From Camelus ferus (lineage: Eukaryota), in the NCBI RefSeq assembly GCF_009834535.1, contig NC_045697.1:112346001-112410000 (forward strand): 64,000 bases of DNA, written 5' to 3'. Below the pieces are notes generated by a model, which saw only the letters and a list, made by a program, of their open reading frames with translations, did no database searches and had not been told where the DNA came from. Positions within the stretch are counted from its first letter, which is position 1; each line of letters begins with the position of its first letter. The translations under genes were made by a program, and so were the position numbers. Positions 38,538 to 52,179 of the stretch are shown here, piece by piece.

Positions 38538-39060
38538 TGTTTGGAAGGAAGAAATTGTCCTTTACCCTTTTAGGTTCTTCTGGCTGGTTTCAGAATGAAA
38601 TTGACATGAGACAGATTAGCAGGAGAAAATCACACTAAAGTTTTTGGGAGAGAACCAGAAAATCTGAGTAACTCACCCAAATGGCCAAAGCCTCTACCTT
38701 AAATACTATCCTCAGATGAAGACAAAAGAGGATGTTGAAGCCAGGGAAAGGTAGTTATGGGAGGTGACCAGGAGAAGCAAGTTAACAAGAGTATGGTTCT
38801 TATGCAGATTTAAGTACTTGCCTTCTCCATTGTCAAGAGTTTCTAGAGATTTGGTCATCCTCCTCTTCTGGTACAGCAAGGAAGACACCTTAACAAATGG
38901 AGATTTCCCTTATAAATGTCAATGTTTCTTACAAAAGGCTAATTCTTACTTGGTTTTCAGAGTTGTGCCCATGTCTGCAGTTTCTTATAAAATAATCAGC
39001 TTAAAATAATTAATATCCCAAAGAGACATATTTTGAGATATCAAATTCTAATTCCCTAAA
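38538..39060 (-). mobile_element. Solo ERV1 LTR (MER34/39-like)
   Basis: Perfect TSD atag, reverse-complement homologue of 22166-22687. Confidence 0.88.
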
Positions 39061-40779
39061 ATAGTGCATATGTAAAGGTGTTGTAAAAGAGACTCCTAGA
39101 AATGCCTTCAGGCAAGGCTAAAATTTCCTAAATTAGAATATTAGTTTCTTTGGATGCCAGTCGGTAGCACTAGAGAGTGTTCTGAGTACAAATAAATTCA
39201 AACAACTGAATAATCAAATTTAAAAAAATTGCAATAATTTTTGGAGACTTTAATATGTTAATATGAATCATTCTCTAAAAAGAGAATATGATTTGTTAAT
39301 AAATATGTTTTGTACATCTATTTTTCCAAGGAACATTCTTTTTAAAGAGCAGGGTTAGTATTTCACCGAACACACTTTGGAAAATGACAGTCTGTGCAGA
39401 AGGGATTGATTGCTAAGGAATTCAAACTCAGTTTGATGGGCATGAAAATCACACTTTTACAATAAATGGTGAGATTTTTATCTTTGGAGCTTCTTCCAAA
39501 ACACTGGACATAGCTCACATGAATATCTGGTGGTAGAAGAATGAATTCAATGTTTTTCATCTGGTTTTCCAGTAAGTTTGTTATTGTATTCTTTATTCAA
39601 TCTTTTGACCCTCCTGGTGCCTTTTGAAGAGATGCTCAAGTCCTTAAATGTTGTTTTAAACAGATACAATTGTCACCCTGTACATGCCTTTGCATGACAA
39701 TTTCCAGCTTTTCTGTTAATTATCCTGGTTAATTAAGAATGCAATAATAAAATCGTATTTCCACCCTGTAGGTTTGCTGTTGTCATTTTGTGTTTCTAAA
39801 ACTTCATTATTGGCTCAACTCTCACCTCTACAACATTCCCTTTGAGATCTTCCTCAAATTTTCCCACATGCTGTATTACTCCTACTGACTTAACTGATAC
39901 AGAATTCACACCCTCTATCAAATATTACCCTTAAGGTAGTGTAACACATATAAACAGTGAACAGTCATAATTTGTAAAACTGTCATCAAAATCTGCAGTC
40001 TATCCTTACTATTCTTGATTAGTCAGACTTTTTTTAAATAGATGATCCATCTCCCCCTTTATCCCTCTCTTTTTCTCCATCCCTCCCTTTCTGTCTCCGA
40101 TTTTTATACTTGGCAAACTCTATAGAGCTATCTATGGGAAATACTAACTATGGAAATCTGGGTGAAGGGTATCTTGCCTACAGATGCCAACAGGACTTAC
40201 TATTTCTGTTATTGCTACAAGTCTACACTGGTAAGTCCTTTTTCTTTTACAAAATTATTTTAATTATAATCCGGCCTGCTTTCCTTCATAATATTCATAA
40301 ATCATATGTTTCTTTCACATACTTGAAGAACCACCTATCTTTATGATGCCTTTCTGAAATATTTCCCATAAATTAATTTCCTCAAACACAGAAAGCATAG
40401 AAAACATAATCTAAATGAACAGGAAGGCACGATAAAATAAAAAGACACATGCTGATTTAAAATCTAAAATGCTAAATATCAATTACTATTCTAAAGAGTG
40501 TTGACAGGTGGTATTCAAATACATTTTGTAAAATAAAATGACAACAAAACAGCTTGTATTTATTTTTTATAGAGAATATAATAATAAATTGTACCTGCCT
40601 AACAGATTGAACTAAAGGTCAGCTATATAAAATTTCAATCCTTCTAGTTTATTCAATTATAGTCAATTTCTGGAGGCTATTTAATAGCAGACACCAACTC
40701 TTGTCTTCCCATCATCTTGTCTCACCATGTCTTTTTCTTTGTTACCTACACACTGATTTCTTCAAGTGCTGGCTTACAT

Positions 40780-41215
40780 CCCTTGAACTCAGGGAATGCG
40801 GTTCAGAGGATGATCATAATTGATCCAAACCTGTCCTGATAAGTTATTTTTTTCTTGGCCTGTTACTGGTCTGAGAATGGACACATCATCCAGTTATTGC
40901 CAGTAGAATGTAAACAGAGCCTGCCAGTTAGTATAGCCATTCACCTTTTCTTCTTTCTGCATGGAACACTGATGTTCAGAAGTGCAGCAGCAGCTGTTTT
41001 GTGGCCATGAGGCAACATGCAGTATAAAAATCAACAAAATATTGATGGTGGAGGAGAGAGAGGAAAAAAAAATCATGTATTTCTGAAAACATCACTGAAC
41101 ATCTGTAATCACCCCTGGATTTCTTTCTATGAATGTCTGTTTACATGAGAAAAATAAACAATTATTTGATTAATTCACTGGAGGCAGGTTGGCTTTCTTT
41201 TCAACTAAAATCGTT
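40780..41215 (+). mobile_element. Old MaLR LTR (MLT1J/K-like)
   Basis: gcagctgttttgtggccatgaggcaa...acatcactgaac...ttacatgagaaaaataaac. Confidence 0.55.
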
Positions 41216-42948
41216 TCTATTGGATGAAAATTTGATGCTATATATTTGTTTTTACTTAATTATGGTTTACATAAATGTAAAGGACTCTGAAAACTAAGTA
41301 ATCCTATGATTTTATGAATTTTATTTTCTACTCTTCCATCAGATATTGATTGTTCTCTCTGATTAGTTCAGTTCTCCCGTAACTACTATCATAGTATCAT
41401 ATATTTCTCCTTTTCAGTTATAATTTAATTTATATAATTTCTTATTTAATAGCTGATTTATCCATTAGATATCTGCCATTTCTGAAGTTTTGAACAGTGG
41501 AGCACAAGATATTCTTTCATGTTTAATCTAACTTACAAATTTAACACAATAATATACAAATTGGTTTTCATGTATCTTCAAGAATGGTTTCAGTGTGGAA
41601 GTTAGTACCCTTATTGTCAACAATTCATCAGCAAATTCATAGACTAGTCTGGTTATACACACCCTAAATCAAGTGTACAAAATGTGATAATGTCCAGTAG
41701 TGTATGTTTAAAATTATGGGATACATCTTTTGAAGGATAAAACCAATTTTGAAGGGAATGGAGGTTCTATCTTTCTTCTTCCTTTCCCCCTCAGCCTACT
41801 TTTTTTTCAGACTCCACTATGAGGAAGAGCAGAATAAACAAAACTATTTTGAGGCAGGAAAATATAGTTGCCTAAAATGTCATGAAATTTTTATTACGTA
41901 GTATCCCTGCTGCTTTTTTTTTGTTTATATAATGGACTTTATTTGTAATAACTTTGACTATGATCTATCTGTAGGGATAGAGAAAATACAATTTTCAAAA
42001 AGTTTTCAATAGTTTTGAGAAAATACAATTTTTAGAAAGTTAAAAATATAACCCCCATTCAAATACAAGATTAGAACTATTTTTTTATTCAAATCATTAA
42101 TTATGTAGGGACAAATAAGATGATAAACCTGAAAAAAAAAAGATGGTAAACCTGATTTCAAGTACCTTTGAGAAACAGGGATTTTGGGGAAGTATTTTAA
42201 AATGGTAGGATAAGATTGCTAGGTTGGATACACATAAAGCTGATTATTGCATCTTACAAGGCGGTGAAACCATAACCTATGGGTATATTCTTTGCTGGAC
42301 AGCAATCTGTAACTTAACGTATAACTTCACACTGTCTGTAATTAGCTATATTTGAATAAAAATAGAACTATCAAGCACAGGTGTATTCTTTTGGAGATTT
42401 AAGGAATCTGTGAGGAGTTTGTTAAACTATGTCATAGTGTAACATTAAAAGAATATATTGCGCACCATTTTTTTTCTGAGTCTCAATTAAATTTTAAGAG
42501 GTTAATCAGAGACACTGCAGTTAATAACCTTTGAAAATTTGCAGAGGTACTGAATTTTTAAGTAGCTCCCTTTGTGACTTGACAGCTCTTGCTTCTAAAT
42601 CATTTTTGTGTTATGAAGGTGTAGCTCAGACCCTACTTCCTACCTTGTGATAACATTTCGTCAGTGAGAATGAATCGAAATACTGGGTGATCCATACCTC
42701 TGAAATTTATAAAATGAAAAACCAGTCCAACATAAATGTAAATACATTGGAGTTTCAAGCTTTATATTGTGGAACTTGATTTTATGATACACTTGATACT
42801 GATATCTGACAAAGAGACTTTATCATCTAAGATGTCATAAATCACTTTGGGAAAAAAAATGATTTCCCCCTTACTAATAGGTTTTTCTCAATTCTTAGTA
42901 ATACTAGCTGGCACTTTTCTGAAAACTTACATAGAGATTTTAGCTTTT

Positions 42949-45900
42949 TTTTTTCAGTTGAAGTATAGTTGACTTACAATTATATATTAGTTTCAGGTAT
43001 GTAATATTCAGTATTTTTATAGATTATGTGCCATACAGAGTTATTATATTATTATTAACTACATTTCCCATGCTGTACCTTACATCCCTTTTTACAAATG
43101 GTGTGTTGTACTTCTTAATCCTATTCACCTATTTCACCCAACTCTCCACATTCCTCTCCTCTGGCAACCACTCTTCTCTGTTCTGTGAGTCTTTTTCTAT
43201 TTTGTTATATTTGTTTATTTTTTTTTAAATTTAGATTCCACATACAAGTAAAAACATACAGTATTTTTCTTTCTCTGCCTTATATTACTAACATAACACC
43301 TGCCAGGTCCATCTTGATCCTGAACTATGATCCTTTTAATATATTATTGAATTCAGTTTGCTAGTATTTTGCTAGACTTTTGCATCTGTGTTCATCAGTG
43401 ATTTTGGTGTGCAGTTTCCTTGTTTCCTGGTGTCTTTGCGTTGTTTTGGTATCAGGTAATGTTGGCCTTGTAGAATGAGTTTGGAGGTATTCCATCTTCT
43501 ACAATTTTTTTGGAATAGTTTGAGAAGGATAGGTACTAAATCTTCTTTAAATGTTTTATAGAAGGCCCCTGTGAATCAGTCTGGTCCTGGACTTTTGTTT
43601 GTTGGGAATTTTTTGATTACTGATTCAATTTCATTACTGGTAATCAACATTTTTATATTTGCCATTTCTTCCTGATTCACTCTTGGATTCGTTTCCAAGA
43701 ATTTATCCATTTCTTCCAGATAGTTCAATTTGTTGGCATGTAATTGTTTGAAGTATTCCCTTAAGATTGTATTTCTGTGGTACTGGTTGTAACATTTTCT
43801 CTTTCATTTTTAATTTTATTCGGGAACTATTTGTCTTTTCCTCTTGATGTGTTTGGCTAATGTTTTATCAATTTTGTTTTACTTTTTGAAAAAAAAGTCC
43901 TTAGTTTCATAGATCGTTTTTATTATTTTTTTGGTCTCTGTTTTACGCTGATCATTATTTCTTTGCTTCTGCTTTGCTCATTCTATTTTTTATAATTTCT
44001 TTAGATGAAAAGTTAGGTACTTGACTGAGATTTTTCTCATTTCCTGAGATATGCTATAAATCTCCCTCTTCAAACTGCCTTTGCTGTGTCCTGTAGATTT
44101 GGGGAGGTTGTATTTCCATTTTCATGTGTCTCAAGCTTTTCTTTATTTCTCCTTTAATTTCTTTGTTGATCCTGTTTTTTTAATAGCATGTTTTAGGTCT
44201 TGAACTATTTGTGATTTTTTCCAGTTTTCTTCCTATAATCGATTTCTAGTTTTATTCCACTGTGGTCAGAAAAGATTCTTGATACTGAATTTAGTCATCT
44301 TAAGTGTGTTGAGACTTGTTTGGTGGTCTAAAATGTGCCCTATCCTGGAGAATTTCTATGTACAATTGAAAAGAATACATTCTGCTTTTTTGAATGGAAT
44401 TTATGCAGATGTCTATTAAGTCCATCTGATTTAATGTGTCATTTTAAGACCACTGTTTCCTCATTAATTTTCTGTCTGGATGTTCTGTCTGTTAATTTAA
44501 GTGGGGTGTTAAAATACTCCACTATTACTGCCAATTTCTTCTTTTATGTCCGTTCATATTTGATGTATATATTTAGGTGCTCTTATGTCAGATACATATA
44601 TATTTATGAATGTAATATCCTCTTGTTAGATTGACCCTTTTATTATATTTATTTTATTTTCATTATATTATATTTTATTATATTTTACTATATTATAATG
44701 CCACTTTTTTCTTTATTACAATCTTTGATTTAAAAGTCTATTTTGTCTGATATGTGCATTGCTACCCCAGCTTTCTTTTCATTTCTATTTGCATCTTTTT
44801 CCATCCTGTCACTTTCAATATGTGTGTGTCTTTAGCTTTGAACTGAGTCTCTTGCAGGCAGCATATTGATGGGTCTTTTTTTTTTTTTTTTTAAATCTAT
44901 TGGGCCATTGTTTTTGGATTTGGGTTTTTAGTTCATTTACATTTAAAGATATTATTGATAAGTACTTACTTATTGCCATTTTCTTTGTTGTTTTCTAGTT
45001 GCCTTTATTGTTTCTCTCTGCTCTTTTCTTCTTTTAGTTTCTTCCTTTGCAGTTTGATGATTTTCTTTAGTGTAATGTTTGAGTTTCCTTCTCTTTGTTT
45101 TTTTATTTTGTATCTATTGTTTTTTGGTTTCAGGTTCACATATACTGGTATATTGAATATATATAAATATATATATTCTTAAACTGATAGTCATTTAGAT
45201 TCAAACATATTGTAAAAATTCTGCATGCTTTACCCCCATGTTTCATGTTTTTTTATATCATATTTTACATCTTTTTGTGTATTCCTTAACTACTTATTGT
45301 AGTTATTGATGCTTTTCAACTTTTGTCTTGGAATCTTCATCCTAGTATTTTAAGTGTTTGATACAGTGCCTTTGCTATATATTTGCCTTTACCAGTGAGA
45401 TTTTCTTCCTTCATACACTTTAAAATTTCTTGTACCGACCTTTCTTTTTTGCTTAAAGAAGATCCTTTAACATTTCTTGTAAGGCTGGCTTAGTGGTGAT
45501 GAGCTCTTTTGGTTTTTGCTCTTCTGGGGAACTCTATCTCTCCTTCAGTTCTGAATGATAACCTTGCTGAGTAGAGTATCCTTGGTTGTAGGTTTTTGGG
45601 CTTTAAATATCCCATGCCATGCCCTTCTGCCTGCATGAATTCACCCGCAAAATCAGCTGTTAACCTTATGGGAGTTCCTTTGTGTGTTACTCTTTATTTT
45701 TCTCTTGCTGATTTTAAAATTCTCTCTTGATCTTTAACTTTGCCATTTTAATTATAATATGTCTTAGTGTGAGTCTCTTTGGATTTATATTGTTTGGGAC
45801 TCTCTCTGCTTCCTGGACCTAGATATTTGTTTCCTTTTTTAGGTTAGAGAAGTTTTTGGCCATTGTTTTATCAAGTCTATTTTCTGCCCCCTTTTTCTTC

Positions 45901-47245
45901 TCTTTCTGAGAACCCCATGATGTGAATGTTGCATTTTGATGTTTTCCCAAAGGTCCCTTAAACAATCCTCATTTAAATTTTTTTTTTCTTTTTTCTCTTC
46001 TGATTGAGTGATTTTTACTACTCTGCCTTCCACACTGCTGATCCATTCTTCTGTATTACCTAATGTACTGTTGATTCTCTCTAGTATATTTTTTTCATTT
46101 TAGTTATTGTGTTCTGATTTCTATGGTTCATTTTTATATTTTTTAACTCGTTGTTGAAGTTCTCACTGTACCTCCATTTTTCTCCTGAGCTTAGTGGGCG
46201 TTTTTATGACCTTGGCTTTAAACTCTATTGAGTAAATTTCTTATCTCCATTTCATTATGGGTTTTTTTACCTGACGTTTTATCTTTTTCTTTTGTTTGGA
46301 ACATATTCCTCTGTTTTCTCATTTTGTTTGACTTTCTGTGTTTGTATCTATCAAATTAGGTGAAACAGTACCTCTTCAGGTCTTGAAAAATATGTCCTTG
46401 TGTGGGACCATCCCTGTGCAGGCTGTGTGTACCTGGTGGCTTTGGTAGGAAGGTTGGACTTGGAGTTAGCATGGGCTTTGGCTTCTCCTGGGACATCTCA
46501 GAAGCCACCATTTTGGCAGGGTAAGGAGAAATGGAACCAGAGCCTGGTTGGTCCTGGGGCTTTTCCTAGGACATGTCAGAAACAACTGCCTTGGCAATGT
46601 TGGGAGTCTGGAGCCCAGAGCACAGTGTAGGCCAGGGCTTCTCCTGGAGAATGTTGGAAACTGCCACCTTGGTGGAGGTGAGCTGGAGCTATTGGGGCTA
46701 GAGTTGCGGCCAGTGTGGGCAGGGCTTCTCCCAGGGCACACTTGGGGCCACTGCCTTGGTGGTGGGGTTGGAGTCGGAGCCAGGAGAGGGTCTGAAGGTG
46801 AGCTGGGGCAACCTTGCCAGGTGTTTATCATTCTGCTGCCCCTGTGTTGTGACTGAGAGTAAGTTTGTGTGTGTGTCAGAGTGGAGAGTGTCAGTGTCCT
46901 ATAGCCATCAAGTTCTCCCAGTTGTAAGCCTTGCTGTTTTCCTAAACCAGTTAAGGGAGCTCTTCTTTCTGGTCTGGTCCCCAGGGCTGGGGTGCTCAAT
47001 GTGGGGCTTGAACTACTTACTCCTTAAGGATGATTTCTGAGTTTGTAACATCCTCTTCCTCTTCTGGGCTGCCTGCCAGGGTTGTGGTCATGACTAGTTC
47101 AGATCTCCTCCCCTCCTACCAGACTCTGTGGTTCTTCCATTATGTCCTTGGTTGTAGAAGAACTATTTTGCTAGTCTTCAGGTCGTTCTCAGAGTGAGTT
47201 GTTTCATATGTAGTTGTAGTTTTGGTGTATTTATGGTAGGTGGTG
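42949..47245 (-). mobile_element. Near-full-length L1 (5'UTR, ORF1, ORF2 5' half, 3'UTR) with a large internal deletion at ~43313
   Basis: ORF1p remnant EGRVVKITQSEEKKEKKNLNEDCLRDLWENIK (45839-46033). GC-richer 5'UTR at 46400-47245. TSD agag(a/c)ttttagcttt at 42933-42947 and 47246-47260. Confidence 0.9.
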
Positions 47246-50124
47246 AGAGCTTTTAGCTTTGATAGACGAATAAATGGTAAATGAGTACACAGAATCAAAG
47301 TTTTATATGTTCATTTAACGAAGGTCTCAAAATTTTTGCCTTTAGGTGAATTCTTATTTTATTCCAGACTGAATAAGTTAATGCCTACATCAAAATCCTA
47401 GCTAGTGGGATAGGCAAGTAATACTTTTCCCAAAATTGTTTTGGGAAATTATCTGGTCTGATTGAATGAGGATGTCAAGAAAAAACAGGCTAATCATATG
47501 TGAGTTGTAATTTAGTAATAAGATTTATTCTAGGGTAATGGAATTCTAATCAACAGTGGGAAATAATTGTTGGCAAGCAGTTCAAACATTGACAATTTGT
47601 AATTTTTAATAAATGAGCATAAAAAGGTTCTTGCTATAAAACTTTCCACTTATTTTTAGTAGTTCTAATTCTGCATTTGAACTTCAAGCTATATTTATTT
47701 TTATTCTGTTAGTTAAGTTAATATATCCCAAATATTTCTACATTATTTATATAAACACATTTGGTAATATACAATTATGTTTTTAAAATTTGATAAAATT
47801 AATAATGTTCTTGGATTCCAATAATTATGACCATTTGTAGATCACAGTGAAAGGCAGAAATATTATTATCTTTTTACAGGAGTTTTCCCTGCAGCAGCAG
47901 AGACCCTTAAAGAACTCTGCTTTCACAGGATTTTCACATAGAAGGGACACCTGTAAGCCATAGATATTCCTCTATTTTTCTAAGAGGTAAAAATTGAGTA
48001 TGAACTATGTATTCAGTCATGAAGCACAGGATAATTAAAATTTAAATATTTTTCTTCATCAGTAATCAATTTAATCCAAGACATGACTTCACTTTATTAA
48101 TAGAAAAATTAACTAAACTTGATCATTCCATTGTTAGCAATTGGGTTCCAACTATAACTACATTTTCACATAATTATTTTTTCAATCTGCTGCTATTTCT
48201 TGCAAAGCATATTTTTTCTTCTTTTTTCCTTATTAGCGTCACATACCCTTCCACCTTATATTGGGAGATTTAATGAAATACTAATGAGACTTTCAGATTC
48301 AAAAGAATGTTTAACAATGTTATTTTCCAAGACATTTAGAATAAAGAGCTGTAATTGCACATCATTTTTCCTTTGGCTATCGGACAGTTTCTCCTGAAAG
48401 ACATATTTTCATTTCTAAACAAATGAATCAGCTGCCAGTGTTAATACTTACGGTGTTTTCTTTCGTAAAGGTCAAGGAAAAAAATGGCTAAGCCAGAAAG
48501 GAATACATGAAAATACTTTCTTGTATTCAAATGTCAGCAACCATCACAAACACATTTTTTTCCACAAAGACTTTCAGTGAAGCCTATGTTTGTTCTGTCT
48601 TTGGAACACACTTACTATGTTGCTGACCCCACACAAATTGAATCCCAGGTGTCCTTATGGATACTCTAGGCCTTATATGAGAACCAACTTGAACCCCAAA
48701 ATAATATTTCCATACCTTTTTTTCACTGTATATTTTTATCACTTTTAATTATATGTCAGCAATTTTATTGTATCACTTATTTATAGAGAGAAGATGGTTC
48801 AAAATTTTCTCCAGCACAGTTGGCTGAAAATTGTTTTTTGCTACTGTTACTTTAGAAAAGTGTATTTCAAGTTCACAACTCATCCCTGGTAATGCTTACA
48901 ATTCTTTAGGACGATTATCAGTCCTCCTGACGTTTGCTGCAGGCTATTCCTGCTCACCCTTATCTCTTCCTCACCAACTCCCTTAAATTGCAAATTCTTT
49001 CTCAACTTCACTTAATTTTGTTGTTTAACGTTCTTGACTAGAAGTAGCACCATCAAATGATTTCAAGAGTCAGAGAGTAATGGGAAAATCTGAGGAAGGA
49101 TTAAGACAAGTGGCATTGGTGGGGATTATGGGGAATCATGGAATGGGGGCCCTACCTAAAAGTCATTAAAGTTTTAAAAATGTACTAAAACTTTCTGCCC
49201 ACCAAAAAGAAAAATAAATACACATCCCCGCCAAACAAACAAACAAACAAACAAAAAACAGACTCTTAGCCAGGAGTTGCCCAACAATCTACCAATTTAT
49301 GATCTGTCTTCTAAACTGACAAAGAATCTGAATGATGAGACTTTCAAGCCTTTGGTCAAATGTCACAATACAATGGTAGAGCTACAAATTGGATCTAGAT
49401 TTGCCATTTACAAAATCTTTGATCTTAGCTTAGTATCATATTAAGCAGTTAGAAAGTAGGGACATTTTCCTGAGGATAATGGAGATTTGTTAAAGTGAGA
49501 TGATATAAACAAAGGTGTGTTTTAGAAAGAATCTTTATTTATACTAAAAAATGGATGATAGCCTTGCAAGCACAGTGTGGTATCATGTTCACCAGATAGA
49601 AAATTGTTGAGAATTTGTGTAAGAAGCTACCATAAATTTAGTAGCGTAAAGCAGCATCCATTGATTATCTCACAGTTCTTAAATCAGAAATTTGAGTGGC
49701 TGCCACCCAAAACTACTACTGTAGCTTCTGCTCCTAATAGTCCTATTTCTTTCTATACTTTAGGGCCTGTACTAAGTATTTAACTTGCTTTAGCTCATTT
49801 AAATCTCATAACCACTCTATGAAGCACGTTTTGAGCATCATGTCAGTTTTAAAGATGAAGGAACTCAACAGTGGTGGTCAGTAGAATCGATTCCATCAGC
49901 GGCCGAGCGTTTCCCCCACTGTGTTTCTTTACCTACTTCACCTAAAAATGGAAAGTAAAGAGTTTCCAGGATGAAGAAAAAAGCAGAGGAAGTCACTGCT
50001 GTGCTGAGGGATTCCCTCTCCCCAAAGCTAGTGTACCAGTGATGTCACTTTAATGTCGCTGAAATAGTACTGTCCTTTCTCCTCCCATGCAAGCAAGAGT
50101 AACCTCTCATGAAAAATCTCTCAG

Positions 50125-50635
50125 TGTATCGCTTGTCATCCATGCAGGAAAACACAAACCATTATAAATATTGAAAACAAATACAAATAATTTGTTATCA
50201 AAGTTTTGGGATGGTTGGAGGAAGAAGGAAATTGATATAGCCCTGATATTAATAGCTGTTGGAAGCTCTTTTTATCCTGTTGGGATAAAAAAAAAAAGAG
50301 AGAGAGAGTGGGCAAACCAAAGTCCAAGAGCAGCTCTGTGTTGGGAGTTTGCTGCTGCGCTGAACCTCTGATGCTCTGCAGAAACTTCAAAGGCCCTTCA
50401 AGTCTCAGGCCACACACTGCGGACAACATGACTAACACAGACCACTGGAAGCAGAGAAAAGAAGTTTCTCCCTCCCACTTCTCTGTCTTCTGATGCTCTC
50501 CATGGGTACAGCCCAAACTAATCCAGCCTGAAGGAAAGTCTAGGAAATGTACTTTGTAGATTTCCTAGGTCGTTGAGTTGTAAAGCAGAACAGAATGGGG
50601 CTGGAACGTAGCAACAAGCAAATAATCAGAGGACC
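50125..50635 (-). mobile_element. Old ERVL/MaLR-like LTR
   Basis: Weak by-eye similarity (aagtctaggaaatgtactttgtag...caaataatc). Confidence 0.4.
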
Positions 50636-51039
50636 AGCACACCAGGGACAAGTGCTACAGGGAATTGGCTGTAGTTCTTGAACTTCCAGTTTTTCCCTCT
50701 TTGCATCCATCTACCACTCTTCTCCATCAACCCTGGACCCTTTGTCTCTGTTTGGGGGTTTTAATGGAAGGAGGTGTCTATTTATTTTCCAAGGGTCCTT
50801 TTCTTTGCCTGTGTTGAATTTCAACCTTCTCTGCAATTGCTGGCATCTTTCTGCTTCATAGCATGGTCCAGGCACAATCTCTGGTCCTGTCTGTAGCATC
50901 TCTCCAAGCCCATACTGCCATATACATTACTGGCTTTAATTTGGGAGAGAAGAGCAGTGAATTCTTGGGTGAGCTTGTTTTCTTAAAATCAGGACTTCTT
51001 ATTGCAGTTGTGAACGTGGAAATATTCAGATATTGAGGT

Positions 51040-51212
51040 GTTCTACATTTTCTCTAGAAGCTTTATAGTTTTAGCTTTTATATGTATGTCCATGAGCCAC
51101 CTCAAATTAATTTTTGTGTATGAAATGAAATAGAGGTCAACATTCATTTTTTTCCATAAATATATTTCTGTTGTTATAGCATCGTTTATTAAAAAGGTGC
51201 TATTCCCCCATT
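51040..51212 (-). mobile_element. Old L1 ORF2 fragment
   Basis: tctagaagctttatagttttagctttta...ttaatttttgtgtatg. Confidence 0.7.
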
Positions 51213-51327
51213 TATACAGCATAATATTTGAAATATTCCATTTTTCACTTTCATAGTCTTTTAGGTATGTTTAGCTTTATTTTTATAACTATAGTTTTTA
51301 AGAAGCATTTTTAAAAATTCTGGGTTT

Positions 51328-51348
51328 GTGTGTGTGTGTGTGTGTGTG
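51328..51348. repeat. (TG)n microsatellite
   Basis: Visible TG run. Confidence 0.9.
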
Positions 51349-52179
51349 TTTGCCAACCGTGGAAAATCAAATAGTCTTCAAAGAATATCTTGGCAGTAAG
51401 AACCATATCTTTACTCTTAAAGGAGAATGACCTTACCCTTATAAATTTATTTCAAAAGAGCTCTGTTTACAATACCACAATATACTCAATTGTATAGGAA
51501 AAATAAGATGTCACTAATAAGTGACAAAAAACTCTCATTTTAATTTTTGTCCAGTTTTAATAGTCCCAGAAAAAATCCAGAAAGTTATGTTAGACATTTT
51601 AATGTATCCATTGTTGGGGCTAAAATGTTGAGATCTCTCCCCAACTTGTCTGACGCTGTAGGATGCTGGGTGTTGCCCACAGCTAACTTTCTCTCACAAG
51701 ATGTGCAGTGGATGGACAGCAGAGTCTAACATGCAGAGTCACTCTGAATTGCTTAAAGCCCTGTTATGTCTTAATATTTCTGATAACGGATTAATTTTTA
51801 ATATACACATCACATTTTTTTCATTATAAATGTCACTGCTCCTTTAGCTTTACTGTTCCATTTTTAATTTCATTTTAATTCACACATTTTTTAAAGTAAC
51901 AGAATGCCATGAAATTACGGTAACTAATGACTGTCATTCTCAGACTTAGTCATATATTTTTTTATGTGCATATTCTAGTTAGAATATATTTATTAATACT
52001 GACACTGTAAAGCATATAGTTTCTTATTGATGTGAAGACTATATATATTTTACTGGAAGGTTCAAATTTAAAAACCCCAAATTCCTTTTTTTGTGTGTGT
52101 TAAGGTTTTATTAATGTTTCCACTGCGTGATATCTAAAAATTGTTCTTGTAAACTGGTTGGAATAGGTTGCATTTTTTG

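Noticed and set aside
46466..46999. Longest ORF (177 aa, Pro/Ser-rich) as a gene
   Set aside because: It lies in the GC-richer L1 5'UTR, where stop codons are scarce, and has no recognisable domain.
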